IMG/VR virus record: IMGVR_UViG_3300034123_000003
Span: 1 to 52,688 of that record
DNA from: a virus
Taxonomy: Duplodnaviria; Caudoviricetes
Direction: 5' to 3' (one strand)
DNA: 52,688 nt
The notes below the pieces were generated by a model. It was not told where the DNA came from and searched no databases. It was given only the letters and a program-made list of their open reading frames with translations. Position 1 is the first letter of the stretch. Each line of letters opens with the position of its first letter. A program made the position numbers and the translations under genes. This document shows positions 35,179 to 42,892 of this stretch, in pieces.

Positions 35179-36147
35179 CTAAAGTTCGTAGTTTTCCGCT
35201 TCGATTTTGGTCAAGAAAAAGTGGATACCGTGGGAGCAAACGTTCCAGCGATCTTCGTCCCATGAGTCGGCTGTGACCGTCTCTCCCGTGCGGTAGGTAG
35301 CATTACCGTGAGAGCTTCGTCCCTCGTCTGCGCCGATGACTTCCAAAACAACAACATGAGAGGCGCGGCACTTGCGCCCTTCCCCGTGGCTGCGTTTGGC
35401 ATCTGCGGGTATCAGGAGATGTACCAAAACCCCTTCAAGGCAAATCTTCCACGCCTCAAATGGTCCAGTCTCAGGGATGAATTGAATAGCGGCGAGTGCT
35501 TTCTCGGAATTTTTGGCACCGCGCAGGTAGGCACTGCTCAGGTCGGCACTGCTCAGGTCGGCACCGCTCAGGTCGGCACTGCTCAGGTTGGCACTGCTCA
35601 GGTAGGCACTGCTCAGGTCGGCACCGCTCAGGTTGGCACTGCGCAGGTTGGCACTGCTCAGGTAGGCACTGCGCAGGTCGGCACCGCTCAGGTTGGCACC
35701 GCGCAGGTCGGCACCGCGCAGGTTGGCACTGCTCAGGTCGGCACTGCTCAGGTCGGCACCGCTCAGGTCGGCACTGCTCAGGTTGGCACTGCTCAGGTAG
35801 GCACCGCGCAGGTCGGCACCGCGCAGGTTGGCACTGCTCAGGTAGGCACTGCTCAGGTCGGCACTGCTCAGGTCGGCACCGCTCAGGTTGGCACCGCGCA
35901 GGTAGGCACTGCTCAGGTCGGCACCGCTCAGGTTGGCACTGCTCAGGTAGGCACTGCTCAGGTAGGCACTGCGCAGGTTGGCACCGCGCAGGTCGGCACC
36001 GCTCAGGTAGGCACTGCGCAGGTCGGCACTGCTCAGGTTGGCACCGCGCAGGTCGGACTTCTTAGCTATCGCCTCAAGTACAGCGTCTTTGATGGTGAGC
36101 GCGGCAGATGTAAAAATCACCGCGCCGTAAATGTTCTTGATTTCCAT
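35179..36147 (-). CDS. Pentapeptide-repeat protein with conserved C-terminal phage domain (DUF5758-like)
   Basis: A[NDY]L[SR][GS] repeats; C-terminal L.IPADAKRS....KCRAS..WDEDRWNVCSHGIHFF. Confidence 0.9.
   Translation of the reverse strand: MEIKNIYGAVIFTSAALTIKDAVLEAIAKKSDLRGANLSSADLRSAYLSGADLRGANLRSAYLSSAYLSSANLSGADLSSAYLRGANLSGADLSSADLSSAYLSSANLRGADLRGAYLSSANLSSADLSGADLSSADLSSANLRGADLRGANLSGADLRSAYLSSANLRSANLSGADLSSAYLSSANLSSADLSGADLSSADLSSAYLRGAKNSEKALAAIQFIPETGPFEAWKICLEGVLVHLLIPADAKRSHGEGRKCRASHVVVLEVIGADEGRSSHGNATYRTGETVTADSWDEDRWNVCSHGIHFFLTKIEAENYEL
35515..36054. repeat. 36 tandem 15-bp units encoding the pentapeptide repeats
   Basis: ggcacYgcKcaggtH units over 540 bp. Confidence 0.95.
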
Positions 36148-36261
36148 TTCTCTCGTTTCCTTTCGGTGTAATGTCGCACTTGTTGATGCTCGTAGAACGT
36201 TTCGGAGGTCCAACCCTACCAGCAAGGTATACGGAGAGCGTGGCTGGGCGCTGTAGGCCGG

Positions 36262-36537
36262 TTAATCGGGTTTTCGCTTCAAGTCTTGCTGGTCTTTTAT
36301 GGTCTGTCTCCAGTCGTAGTCGATTCCGTTGAAGTGGTGTGGAGTTTCCCGCAGGAACGTAGGAATCTCCAAGTTTTCCGGGTAAACGAACTCTTCGAGC
36401 GTTGGCTGCGCTTGTTTGGCGTCGAAGATCGCCCGTTCATGTTCGGCGCGTCTTTTAGACTGGCGAAACATGTAGATGACCCAAACCCAAAAGACGGTCA
36501 GGAATGAGCCGAGAGCGAAAGAGATAAGGTGTGTCAT
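36262..36537 (-). CDS. Membrane-anchored hypothetical protein
   Basis: Start MTHLISF, N-terminal TM, ATGA coupling. Confidence 0.55.
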   Translation of the reverse strand: MTHLISFALGSFLTVFWVWVIYMFRQSKRRAEHERAIFDAKQAQPTLEEFVYPENLEIPTFLRETPHHFNGIDYDWRQTIKDQQDLKRKPD

Positions 36538-36713
36538 TGGATCTCGCTTTCGTGTGTGGTTTCGTGAACGATACCTATCAGGGCAATGACTAGCGCAACT
36601 GAAAAACACTGCCCAACGCTGGAGTGAACTCCGTAGATGTGGGGGATAACGTTCAGCGCGACCGCGTATGTCGCTATCCGTAGGCAAGCGTAGAAGATGC
36701 GCCACTTTCTCAT
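36534..36713 (-). CDS. Small two-TM protein
   Basis: Hydrophobic segments; start MRKWR. Confidence 0.45.
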   Translation of the reverse strand: MRKWRIFYACLRIATYAVALNVIPHIYGVHSSVGQCFSVALVIALIGIVHETTHESEIQ

Positions 36714-36875
36714 TCCGGCACCACCAGCGACCATGCGCCAAGAAAGAAAACGGTGACAGCAAACAAGGGAATTATGATTTCCCAGTTATCGGCGATTGTT
36801 TGAGTGATTCGTTTCACGGTAAATCCTTTCTTACCGGGTATTTGATAGGCTACCCGGTATAGCCGTTAAGGTGGG

Positions 36876-37145
36876 TTAGAGGTCTTTCTGGCGTCCAACG
36901 TCGATAGTGCTGTAGGTTCCTCCCAGCGTCTCGCGCAAGTAGAGCGTGCCATACTTGGCGTCTTTCGGCGCGAATCCGTTAGCCTTGAGCCAATCGAGCG
37001 CGGTCTGAAGAAAGCAATCGCCGTACCCGTAGGTACGATCTGAAGTGTGGACACATTCGCCGTCGATGAAGATCCGAACGGTGTGGTAGGTGTTCCCAAA
37101 CGTGCGCTGGAACCATCTGCGGCCTTCGATGTGTAGGCTTTTCAT
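36876..37145 (-). CDS. Hypothetical early protein
   Basis: ggagg RBS, coupled. Confidence 0.65.
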   Translation of the reverse strand: MKSLHIEGRRWFQRTFGNTYHTVRIFIDGECVHTSDRTYGYGDCFLQTALDWLKANGFAPKDAKYGTLYLRETLGGTYSTIDVGRQKDL

Positions 37146-37477
37146 GCGAACACCTCCAGCGCCATAGCGAAGCGAGGATCGCGGTCGAAGATGGTTTCTT
37201 GGGAAAACTTCATATCTCCGCGCATGATGTTGATGTGTCCGTACATCGTAAACTCGGCAATGTAGGTGCGTCCGTCTGAGCCGTCTACGATCCGCGCCAG
37301 CCTGGCGTAGGTGAGTTTCTTTGGTTCGCCTGTCGTGGTCCTGACGGCTCTTTCTCCGCGTGGTCCCTGCTCGATCTCAAACCGTGCTGTTACGCGCTTG
37401 CTTCCGCTCGGCCAGTTCTCAATCGTTGCTGTCATTCTTGGATTGGAATACGTCAAAGAGTCCATAAAAGTCCTCAT
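37142..37477 (-). CDS. Hypothetical early protein
   Basis: 111-aa ORF in early array. Confidence 0.6.
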   Translation of the reverse strand: MRTFMDSLTYSNPRMTATIENWPSGSKRVTARFEIEQGPRGERAVRTTTGEPKKLTYARLARIVDGSDGRTYIAEFTMYGHINIMRGDMKFSQETIFDRDPRFAMALEVFA

Positions 37478-37520
37478 TCTGTGCTGGTTATGCTGCTAGT
37501 GAGTGGTTAGGCCGTCAATC

Positions 37521-37676
37521 TCAGGCGTTTGCGCTGTGCTTCTCTTTGCGCTTGCGCTCTTTCTCCATCTCGTTCCAGCGTGCAATCTTGATTGGATTCC
37601 TGCGGCGGTTGCTGCGTTTGCAGTCGTAACGGTTTCCCATTCTGCGACGTGCGGCCTTGCCTGTGCTGGTTGCCAT
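37521..37676 (-). CDS. 51-aa Arg/Lys-rich peptide, absent from the ORF track
   Basis: MATSTGKAARRRMGNRYDCKRSNRRRNPIK...; ggag RBS. Confidence 0.55.
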   Translation of the reverse strand: MATSTGKAARRRMGNRYDCKRSNRRRNPIKIARWNEMEKERKRKEKHSANA

Positions 37677-37901
37677 GGTGAAACTCTCCATCTGCGACTA
37701 TCTCCGTCGCCGGTTCGAGGTGCGATATTGCACTGATCAGTCCTGCCAGTAGCTATCGCCCATCTTCTGAACTTCTTCTGTGATAGCGTTTACCGGACAT
37801 CTAACGGCCTGCCATGCCTCTACCGGGTCAATGTGAGGTGTAATGCACCCTCTGAAGAGCAAGCGAAGAATGAAGAGGATGATGGTCATGGCGGTTTCCT
37901 T

Positions 37902-38126
37902 TCAGTCCCAAACGTTGGCGAATGTGCAGCCAGGGAATGCTGTGAAGCGGTCGAATGACAGTCCATCGGCGATGATCCAGCCGTGCTTATAGCCGTGCCG
38001 TGTGTCAATCTCAGCTTGCCGTGAATCCCTGTCCGCAACCGAAAGATTGAGCCATTCGCCGAAGATGAACGCGTGGGTTTCTTTGTCGTAAGCGTTGAAC
38101 CGTTCTGCCATTTCTGAGACTGTCAT
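37902..38126 (-). CDS. Hypothetical early protein
   Basis: gaggag RBS. Confidence 0.65.
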   Translation of the reverse strand: MTVSEMAERFNAYDKETHAFIFGEWLNLSVADRDSRQAEIDTRHGYKHGWIIADGLSFDRFTAFPGCTFANVWD

Positions 38127-38186
38127 TGGAATCTCCTCTGGTACTGCTCTGTGATGCCTGATTCCGGCTCAGGCTGGCCGTAGTCG

Positions 38187-38675
38187 TTACGCTTTGTCGG
38201 CAGTGTTGCGAACAGTGATCTCAACCGTTTGGCTCAGAGCATCATGGAACGTATCGCCGATGTATTCCTTTATATCGTTGCGATTACGGCCAGATACGCG
38301 CATATTGAATCCGCTGAAGGATGGTGTGACCGTGATGGTGTGGTCAGTCCATCCGTCATACATGCCGTTATCGTTCATGTGGTGGAAGGATGTGGTGAAG
38401 ACCAGTTTGTCGGCGTGTGACGCGTCAAGATCGATCTTTGTGCCGGAATCAAACCCTGAGCCGGACGGCATTTGCCCCATGAGAGTGTCGATGTGATCTG
38501 ACCATATATCGAACCATTCAGAGCGGACGTGTGAGCGATGCTCTTGGATCTGACCACAATCGGCACAGTGAGACTTAATCCCATCGGTCGTAGTGAAGAT
38601 GTGGTTGCGCTCACAATTGAGCCTTGCTGATACCGCTGTCGCCAATTCGCTGTAAAGGTAGCGTGCCTGTGTCAT
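38187..38675 (-). CDS. Hypothetical early phage protein
   Basis: ggagg RBS; MPSGSGFDSG..FHHMNDNGMYDGW. Confidence 0.75.
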   Translation of the reverse strand: MTQARYLYSELATAVSARLNCERNHIFTTTDGIKSHCADCGQIQEHRSHVRSEWFDIWSDHIDTLMGQMPSGSGFDSGTKIDLDASHADKLVFTTSFHHMNDNGMYDGWTDHTITVTPSFSGFNMRVSGRNRNDIKEYIGDTFHDALSQTVEITVRNTADKA

Positions 38676-38722
38676 TTGGTTGAGCCTCCTAAGCTCTGTG
38701 TTTCTCTGTGATGTACGGTTGA

Positions 38723-38890
38723 CTAGCGAACTGATACGGTTACCTTATGCCTACCTATGTGTGCATGCGGCGCATGATGGGCCTGAGTTTCAATCGCTGT
38801 TCTCATGTAGGCGTCGGCGCGGTTGGATTGAAGGCAGAAAGCCGCGAACAAGAGAACTGTAGCCAAGTAGATGGTATTGAATGTCTTCAT
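38723..38890 (-). CDS. Small protein with hydrophobic N-terminus, first gene of the leftward arm
   Basis: MKTFNTIYLATVLLFAAFCLQ, gagg RBS. Confidence 0.5.
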   Translation of the reverse strand: MKTFNTIYLATVLLFAAFCLQSNRADAYMRTAIETQAHHAPHAHIGRHKVTVSVR

Positions 38891-38917
38891 TGTGTTACCT
38901 CTCTCTCTGATGTACCT

Positions 38918-38947
38918 ACTATCGTCCAATCAATACCGTCATGTCAA
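38918..38947 (-). promoter_or_regulatory. Leftward early promoter
   Basis: TTGACA-N18-GATAGT. Confidence 0.5.
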
Positions 38948-39292
38948 GCTAATTCTGACATTAAACGATAATACCTGTGTAAATCTATTCGTGCTGTCTG
39001 TTACTGCTATGTACTATATGGGTGTGGGGCGGCGCCAGTCTTAGTCTTATTCCCCTTTGTCTTTATCTTTGTCTCTGTGTTGTGTTTTGCGGGGGCGTGT
39101 GGTTTTGTTGTGGGGTGCTTTGTTTTGTGTGGATTTGCTGGAGTTGGGGCAACTTGTACGGCACTGCATAGCGGAGGGGGATCGGCGCAACTTGTCCATG
39201 GGGAGGGGTATGTGATGTCTTAGACGCCATTCTCTCCTCACCCAGAAAAAATACAATCCAGTTTACTATTAGTGAACACTAAAAATGAACAC

Positions 39293-39320
39293 TTGACAGT
39301 GAACAGGAAAGGTGTACACT
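39293..39320 (+). promoter_or_regulatory. Rightward leaderless promoter overlapped by TGAACA repeats
   Basis: TTGACA-N16-TACACT-6nt-ATG(39327). Confidence 0.6.
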
Positions 39321-39326
39321 TGTTGT

Positions 39327-39746
39327 ATGGAGATCAAGACCTGTAAGCGATGTGGTGAACCTTGGTGCTTTCATGGTACCGGGAGGCCGATTCGCTGCGG
39401 GAAGTGCAAGACGCCGTACTGGGACCGAGAAGCTAAGGTAGCGGCTGAAGGGGTGAAGGAAAATGCGGGAGTCGAAAATCGTCGAAGTGAGGTTGGAAGC
39501 GATAAACTTCGCAGAGTTGGCGGGAACTCTACTTTGGTCAAACGAAGCGCAAAGCGAACCGTTCCGTTCAGAACTGGAAAAGAAGTTAATCCAGTCGAGC
39601 AAGGAGTTGAGCCTGTCTTTATCCAAGATGCGCCGACCGTGAAGACTTGCCGGGGGTGCGAGGGTGACTTGAGGCAGATGAAAGGCAAGTGGGTCTGCTG
39701 CAAGATTGGTTGTGGTCTTGAGGGTCAGGAGCAGGGGAGGGTGTGA
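39327..39746 (+). CDS. Zn-ribbon protein
   Basis: CKRCG..W..RP..CGKCKTPYW and a second CxxC/CxxxxC pair. Confidence 0.7.
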   Translation: MEIKTCKRCGEPWCFHGTGRPIRCGKCKTPYWDREAKVAAEGVKENAGVENRRSEVGSDKLRRVGGNSTLVKRSAKRTVPFRTGKEVNPVEQGVEPVFIQDAPTVKTCRGCEGDLRQMKGKWVCCKIGCGLEGQEQGRV

Positions 39747-39949
39747 TGCGGTTTGATGAGGTTAGGATTGGAGATTTCTTCGCCTATGTTTTTCCCGACA
39801 GTTGTATCAGGATCTTTCAGAAAAAGTCGGCAAGCACGGCACATTGTTTCCGTGGAACAGACAACGACCATATCGAACTCCGGTACATCAATAGAACTCC
39901 GGAGATCAGAAAGTTTTCTAGGAGTAACCGTGTTTTCTTGGTTGACTGA
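39746..39949 (+). CDS. Small hypothetical protein
   Basis: Coupled start. Confidence 0.55.
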   Translation: MRFDEVRIGDFFAYVFPDSCIRIFQKKSASTAHCFRGTDNDHIELRYINRTPEIRKFSRSNRVFLVD

Positions 39950-39961
39950 TTCGTGCAATAC

Positions 39962-40123
39962 CGCACCAAAGGGGTGAGTGATGGGATTTTGGAGTCTTGC
40001 TCACGATTACCCGTTTATGACGATGGCGGCAGTGGTAATCGTAACGTATCTTGTATGCCAGTCTGCGGTATATATCGTTCAACTGTTGACCGAGAAAAAG
40101 TGACGCACCAAAGGGGTGAGTGA
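39962..40123 (+). repeat. 20-bp direct repeat cgcaccaaaggggtgagtga (39962-39981, 40104-40123) flanking a 40-aa TM gene (39981-40103)
   Basis: Exact duplicate visible in sequence. Confidence 0.9.
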
Positions 40124-40285
40124 ATGCTAAAGTCGGACATTCAGAAAATCGTAGATAGGATGAGGCTGTTTTTTATGTATCACCCTGACAGTCATAATCA
40201 TCCAGACGGTACTCGTCAACACGCAAGCCGTGAGTTGGTCGAGAGTTGGGCTAACGAGATTGAATTATGTTTGAGAGGTGAGTGA
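40124..40285 (+). CDS. 53-aa hypothetical protein (MLKSDIQK...)
   Basis: Follows second repeat/RBS. Confidence 0.55.
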   Translation: MLKSDIQKIVDRMRLFFMYHPDSHNHPDGTRQHASRELVESWANEIELCLRGE

Positions 40286-40494
40286 TGCGCAAATTGGATG
40301 ATCTGAGAAGCCGGGTGTGGAAGCGCAGTGAAATAGCCAAAGCCCGCGAGTTCGACGCCAAAGAAGACCGCCTCGCCGAAGCTATCAGGGGTGGTGCTTT
40401 GGGTTTGATAGTCAAACCGTCGTTCGAGGAGCGTTTGACCGACGCCGATATGGAGATGCTGAGGGGGATGAACATCTCATGGAGGGAATTGTGA
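40285..40494 (+). CDS. Hypothetical protein
   Basis: TGATG coupling. Confidence 0.6.
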   Translation: MRKLDDLRSRVWKRSEIAKAREFDAKEDRLAEAIRGGALGLIVKPSFEERLTDADMEMLRGMNISWREL

Positions 40495-40835
40495 TCAAGA
40501 GGATCGTAGTACAGGATGGTATGTACCGCGCAGCAATGAAGTTTCAGGACAGCGGAATCCAATTCTCGGATGCACTTGAAGCCGCTCTACTCTGGCTGGC
40601 TGAGAACCCGATTGTGCCGAATTGCGAACAAGCTGAAGAATTGTTCTGCAATAAATCAATTATCTCGGTTTGTGTCGAATGGCAGCGCCGCATGTTCCTC
40701 GCCCCTGAACCGGAAGTACCGGAAGAGCTTAAAGATCTTCTGGACGGAATGAAGTACATGCCTACTCTAGAGCGCGAGTGGGCAACCAGGGTGGCGCTCG
40801 AATCCTATCGTCTCGGCCAGAGGTCCAAGGCGTGA
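40491..40835 (+). CDS. Hypothetical protein
   Basis: GTGA coupling, ggagg RBS. Confidence 0.55.
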   Translation: MIKRIVVQDGMYRAAMKFQDSGIQFSDALEAALLWLAENPIVPNCEQAEELFCNKSIISVCVEWQRRMFLAPEPEVPEELKDLLDGMKYMPTLEREWATRVALESYRLGQRSKA

Positions 40836-40972
40836 GTTTTAACGAGTTCCCCTTCAATGGGGATGGTGCGGCGGGATGAGTTTCTAGTCCAGCGGGGCTG
40901 TGTGGTTGCTCTTGTTCGGTATGGACATTCCGCCGCATTAAATTAGTGCAATATCACACGGAAGAGAGAACG

Positions 40973-41257
40973 ATGAGAATTTGCTCCCGCTGTAAAGACC
41001 AGATCAAGCGTGGCCACCGCTTCCACACTGTAGAGTCCCGTTTATTCGGCCTCCTGTGGACCGTCAAGCGCCCAGAGCACTACTCGTGCCCCAACCCAAC
41101 CCACGGCCCCGTGGCGACCCCGCGCAGGATCAAGGGTGAAGTTCCCTTGCCGTTCCCTGAGCCGGATGTGATGAACGCGGTCACTCCGCTCAATGCTCAC
41201 GACTTCGTTAACTCAAACGACGAGTCTCCCAGAGACGAACTGGCTCGTCTCAACTGA
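40973..41257 (+). CDS. Hypothetical Cys/His protein
   Basis: MRICSRC..H..C. Confidence 0.5.
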   Translation: MRICSRCKDQIKRGHRFHTVESRLFGLLWTVKRPEHYSCPNPTHGPVATPRRIKGEVPLPFPEPDVMNAVTPLNAHDFVNSNDESPRDELARLN

Positions 41258-41282
41258 CATTGCGGTAAAGTTGTGGTATGGT
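41254..41282 (+). promoter_or_regulatory. Leaderless promoter for the XRE regulator / late arm
   Basis: CTGACA-N17-TATGGT (with TGn extension)-6nt-ATG(41289). Confidence 0.6.
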
Positions 41283-41288
41283 TTGGGT

Positions 41289-41660
41289 ATGGCATCAGAT
41301 AATTTCGATGGGCCGAAACTCAAGTCTCTACGGAAACGCGCTCGACTGACTCAGATGCAGGTGGTCGAAATATCAGGAGTATCCGAAACGACCATCTGCT
41401 ACCTTGAGCGCGGCGACCGAAGACCTCAAAGCCGCACCCTCCAAAAACTTCTGAACCTGTACGCGCAGAGAATCGACTACTGGCGTCAGTTGGCTGCAAG
41501 ACTTGAAGGAGAAGTTCATGCCGAAGGAAAAGTCAATCCCGAAACGCCTGAGTGGAACCGAGGCGCTGGAGTCCCTGATGGACGGAATCTACAAACGTTT
41601 GTGCGCCCACGGCCATTTCCACAGCCACAAGGCATACCAGGGCTACAGCGCAACCGTTAA
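41289..41660 (+). CDS. XRE-family HTH transcriptional regulator
   Basis: LKSLRKRARLTQMQV...SGVSETTICYLERGDRRP..TLQKL. Confidence 0.88.
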   Translation: MASDNFDGPKLKSLRKRARLTQMQVVEISGVSETTICYLERGDRRPQSRTLQKLLNLYAQRIDYWRQLAARLEGEVHAEGKVNPETPEWNRGAGVPDGRNLQTFVRPRPFPQPQGIPGLQRNR

Positions 41661-42021
41661 GATCGACTTCCGGCCAGCACGGTCCTTCTCGCCACCTCTC
41701 ACGGACGATTTCACTGTGGGATACTTGCCTTGTCACAACGAAGGTGAGATAGATGTGGAATTCCTTCCTACAGTGACAGAAACCATCGAGATTCCCGTGC
41801 GCCCCCCGAATCAGGTACGCGAAGAAGCTGGACTCGATATGCCGGTCCAGACCGAAGAGAATGGCCAACTCGTCGAGCGGTTCATCTCCCCGGCGAAGTA
41901 CAAGGGTAGACTCAAGGGACAACCAAGGCTTTCGACGGCGAACATGAACACGCCGTCGGTGCCGGGGATCAACCCGGTAGACGCTGATTCGGTCGATCAG
42001 TTCGGGATACAGACCCGCTAA
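41518..42021 (+). CDS. Hypothetical protein
   Basis: aaggag RBS; overlaps the XRE tail by ~140 bp. Confidence 0.65.
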   Translation: MPKEKSIPKRLSGTEALESLMDGIYKRLCAHGHFHSHKAYQGYSATVKIDFRPARSFSPPLTDDFTVGYLPCHNEGEIDVEFLPTVTETIEIPVRPPNQVREEAGLDMPVQTEENGQLVERFISPAKYKGRLKGQPRLSTANMNTPSVPGINPVDADSVDQFGIQTR

Positions 42022-42707
42022 TGCCTCCAGCTAAGTTCAAACCCGCCCGTGATGAATCTAACGCCTCACTTCGGCGGGCGGCACTTGAACGCCTTCGTAA
42101 CCGATGGAATCTCGACAACGAAGATGGAGAGTGGGATGCAGAATCAGAACCAATCATCACCCCAATGCTCAAGTCAGTCGGAATCGAACGAGTCGTCGAA
42201 GCACTCAGAATTCACGACGAAGAAGATGCTCGATCCTTTCTCGAATGCTATGACCAATGTACGGTCACGGACCGTCGAAGTCTTCGACTTGAGGACATTG
42301 CGTTCGCGTCAAATGTTGGTTCACTTCGTCTTGCCGAAGTGATTCAGACAGCTCTATTTCTCTATGGGAATATGCAGGTACAGATGATTCTGGCAGCCGG
42401 AATGCCGGAAGTAGTGGCTAGGTCGATGAAGCAGGCGAAGACAGCCAAGGGGTTTGCGGATCGCGAGTGGATGCTCAAGGCGGGAAAGATTCTTCCGATT
42501 CCGAAGGGCGCTCAGATCGCCATCCAGAACAATACGGCCATTGTAGAGAAGGACACTTCTGAAGGTGGCCACACATGGAAGTATCCAGAGGACCGTCTGA
42601 AGGAGATCGTAGCCGTCACCAACCCCAAGCAACTCGAAGCGAGTCATGTCACGACCGGAGACCCGATCCATTTCGATCACAACAGGCCGATGGTTTTTGA
42701 GAGGTAG
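42021..42707 (+). CDS. Putative terminase small subunit
   Basis: Position upstream of terL only. Confidence 0.35.
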   Translation: MPPAKFKPARDESNASLRRAALERLRNRWNLDNEDGEWDAESEPIITPMLKSVGIERVVEALRIHDEEDARSFLECYDQCTVTDRRSLRLEDIAFASNVGSLRLAEVIQTALFLYGNMQVQMILAAGMPEVVARSMKQAKTAKGFADREWMLKAGKILPIPKGAQIAIQNNTAIVEKDTSEGGHTWKYPEDRLKEIVAVTNPKQLEASHVTTGDPIHFDHNRPMVFER

Positions 42708-42709
42708 AC

Positions 42710-42892
42710 GTGAGAATAGCAATATGGATCGCGCACCCTTACCTGCGTAACCCAACATTCATTCGTCGTGGTGAGCGTGGCGTGGTGTTTTCTGTACTTG
42801 GTTTTACAGTAAACATCATGCAGGGCGCATGGAAGTTCGATTGGCAAGGAAGAGACGGAAAGAGAAAAAAGATGAAAGGTAGCCTTGTTTAG
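42710..42892 (+). CDS. Small hypothetical protein between terS? and terL
   Basis: 60-aa ORF, gaggt RBS. Confidence 0.5.
   Translation: MRIAIWIAHPYLRNPTFIRRGERGVVFSVLGFTVNIMQGAWKFDWQGRDGKRKKMKGSLV

Noticed and set aside
35515-36054. Diversity-generating retroelement (all variable positions include an A allele)
   Set aside because: No reverse transcriptase or separate TR/VR pair; the second A of AAC never varies; tandem recombination of ordinary pentapeptide codons explains it
35308-36171. Plus-strand (GTAQV)n and (GRHCS)n ORFs, or a CRISPR array
   Set aside because: Antisense shadows of the coding repeat; no unique spacers
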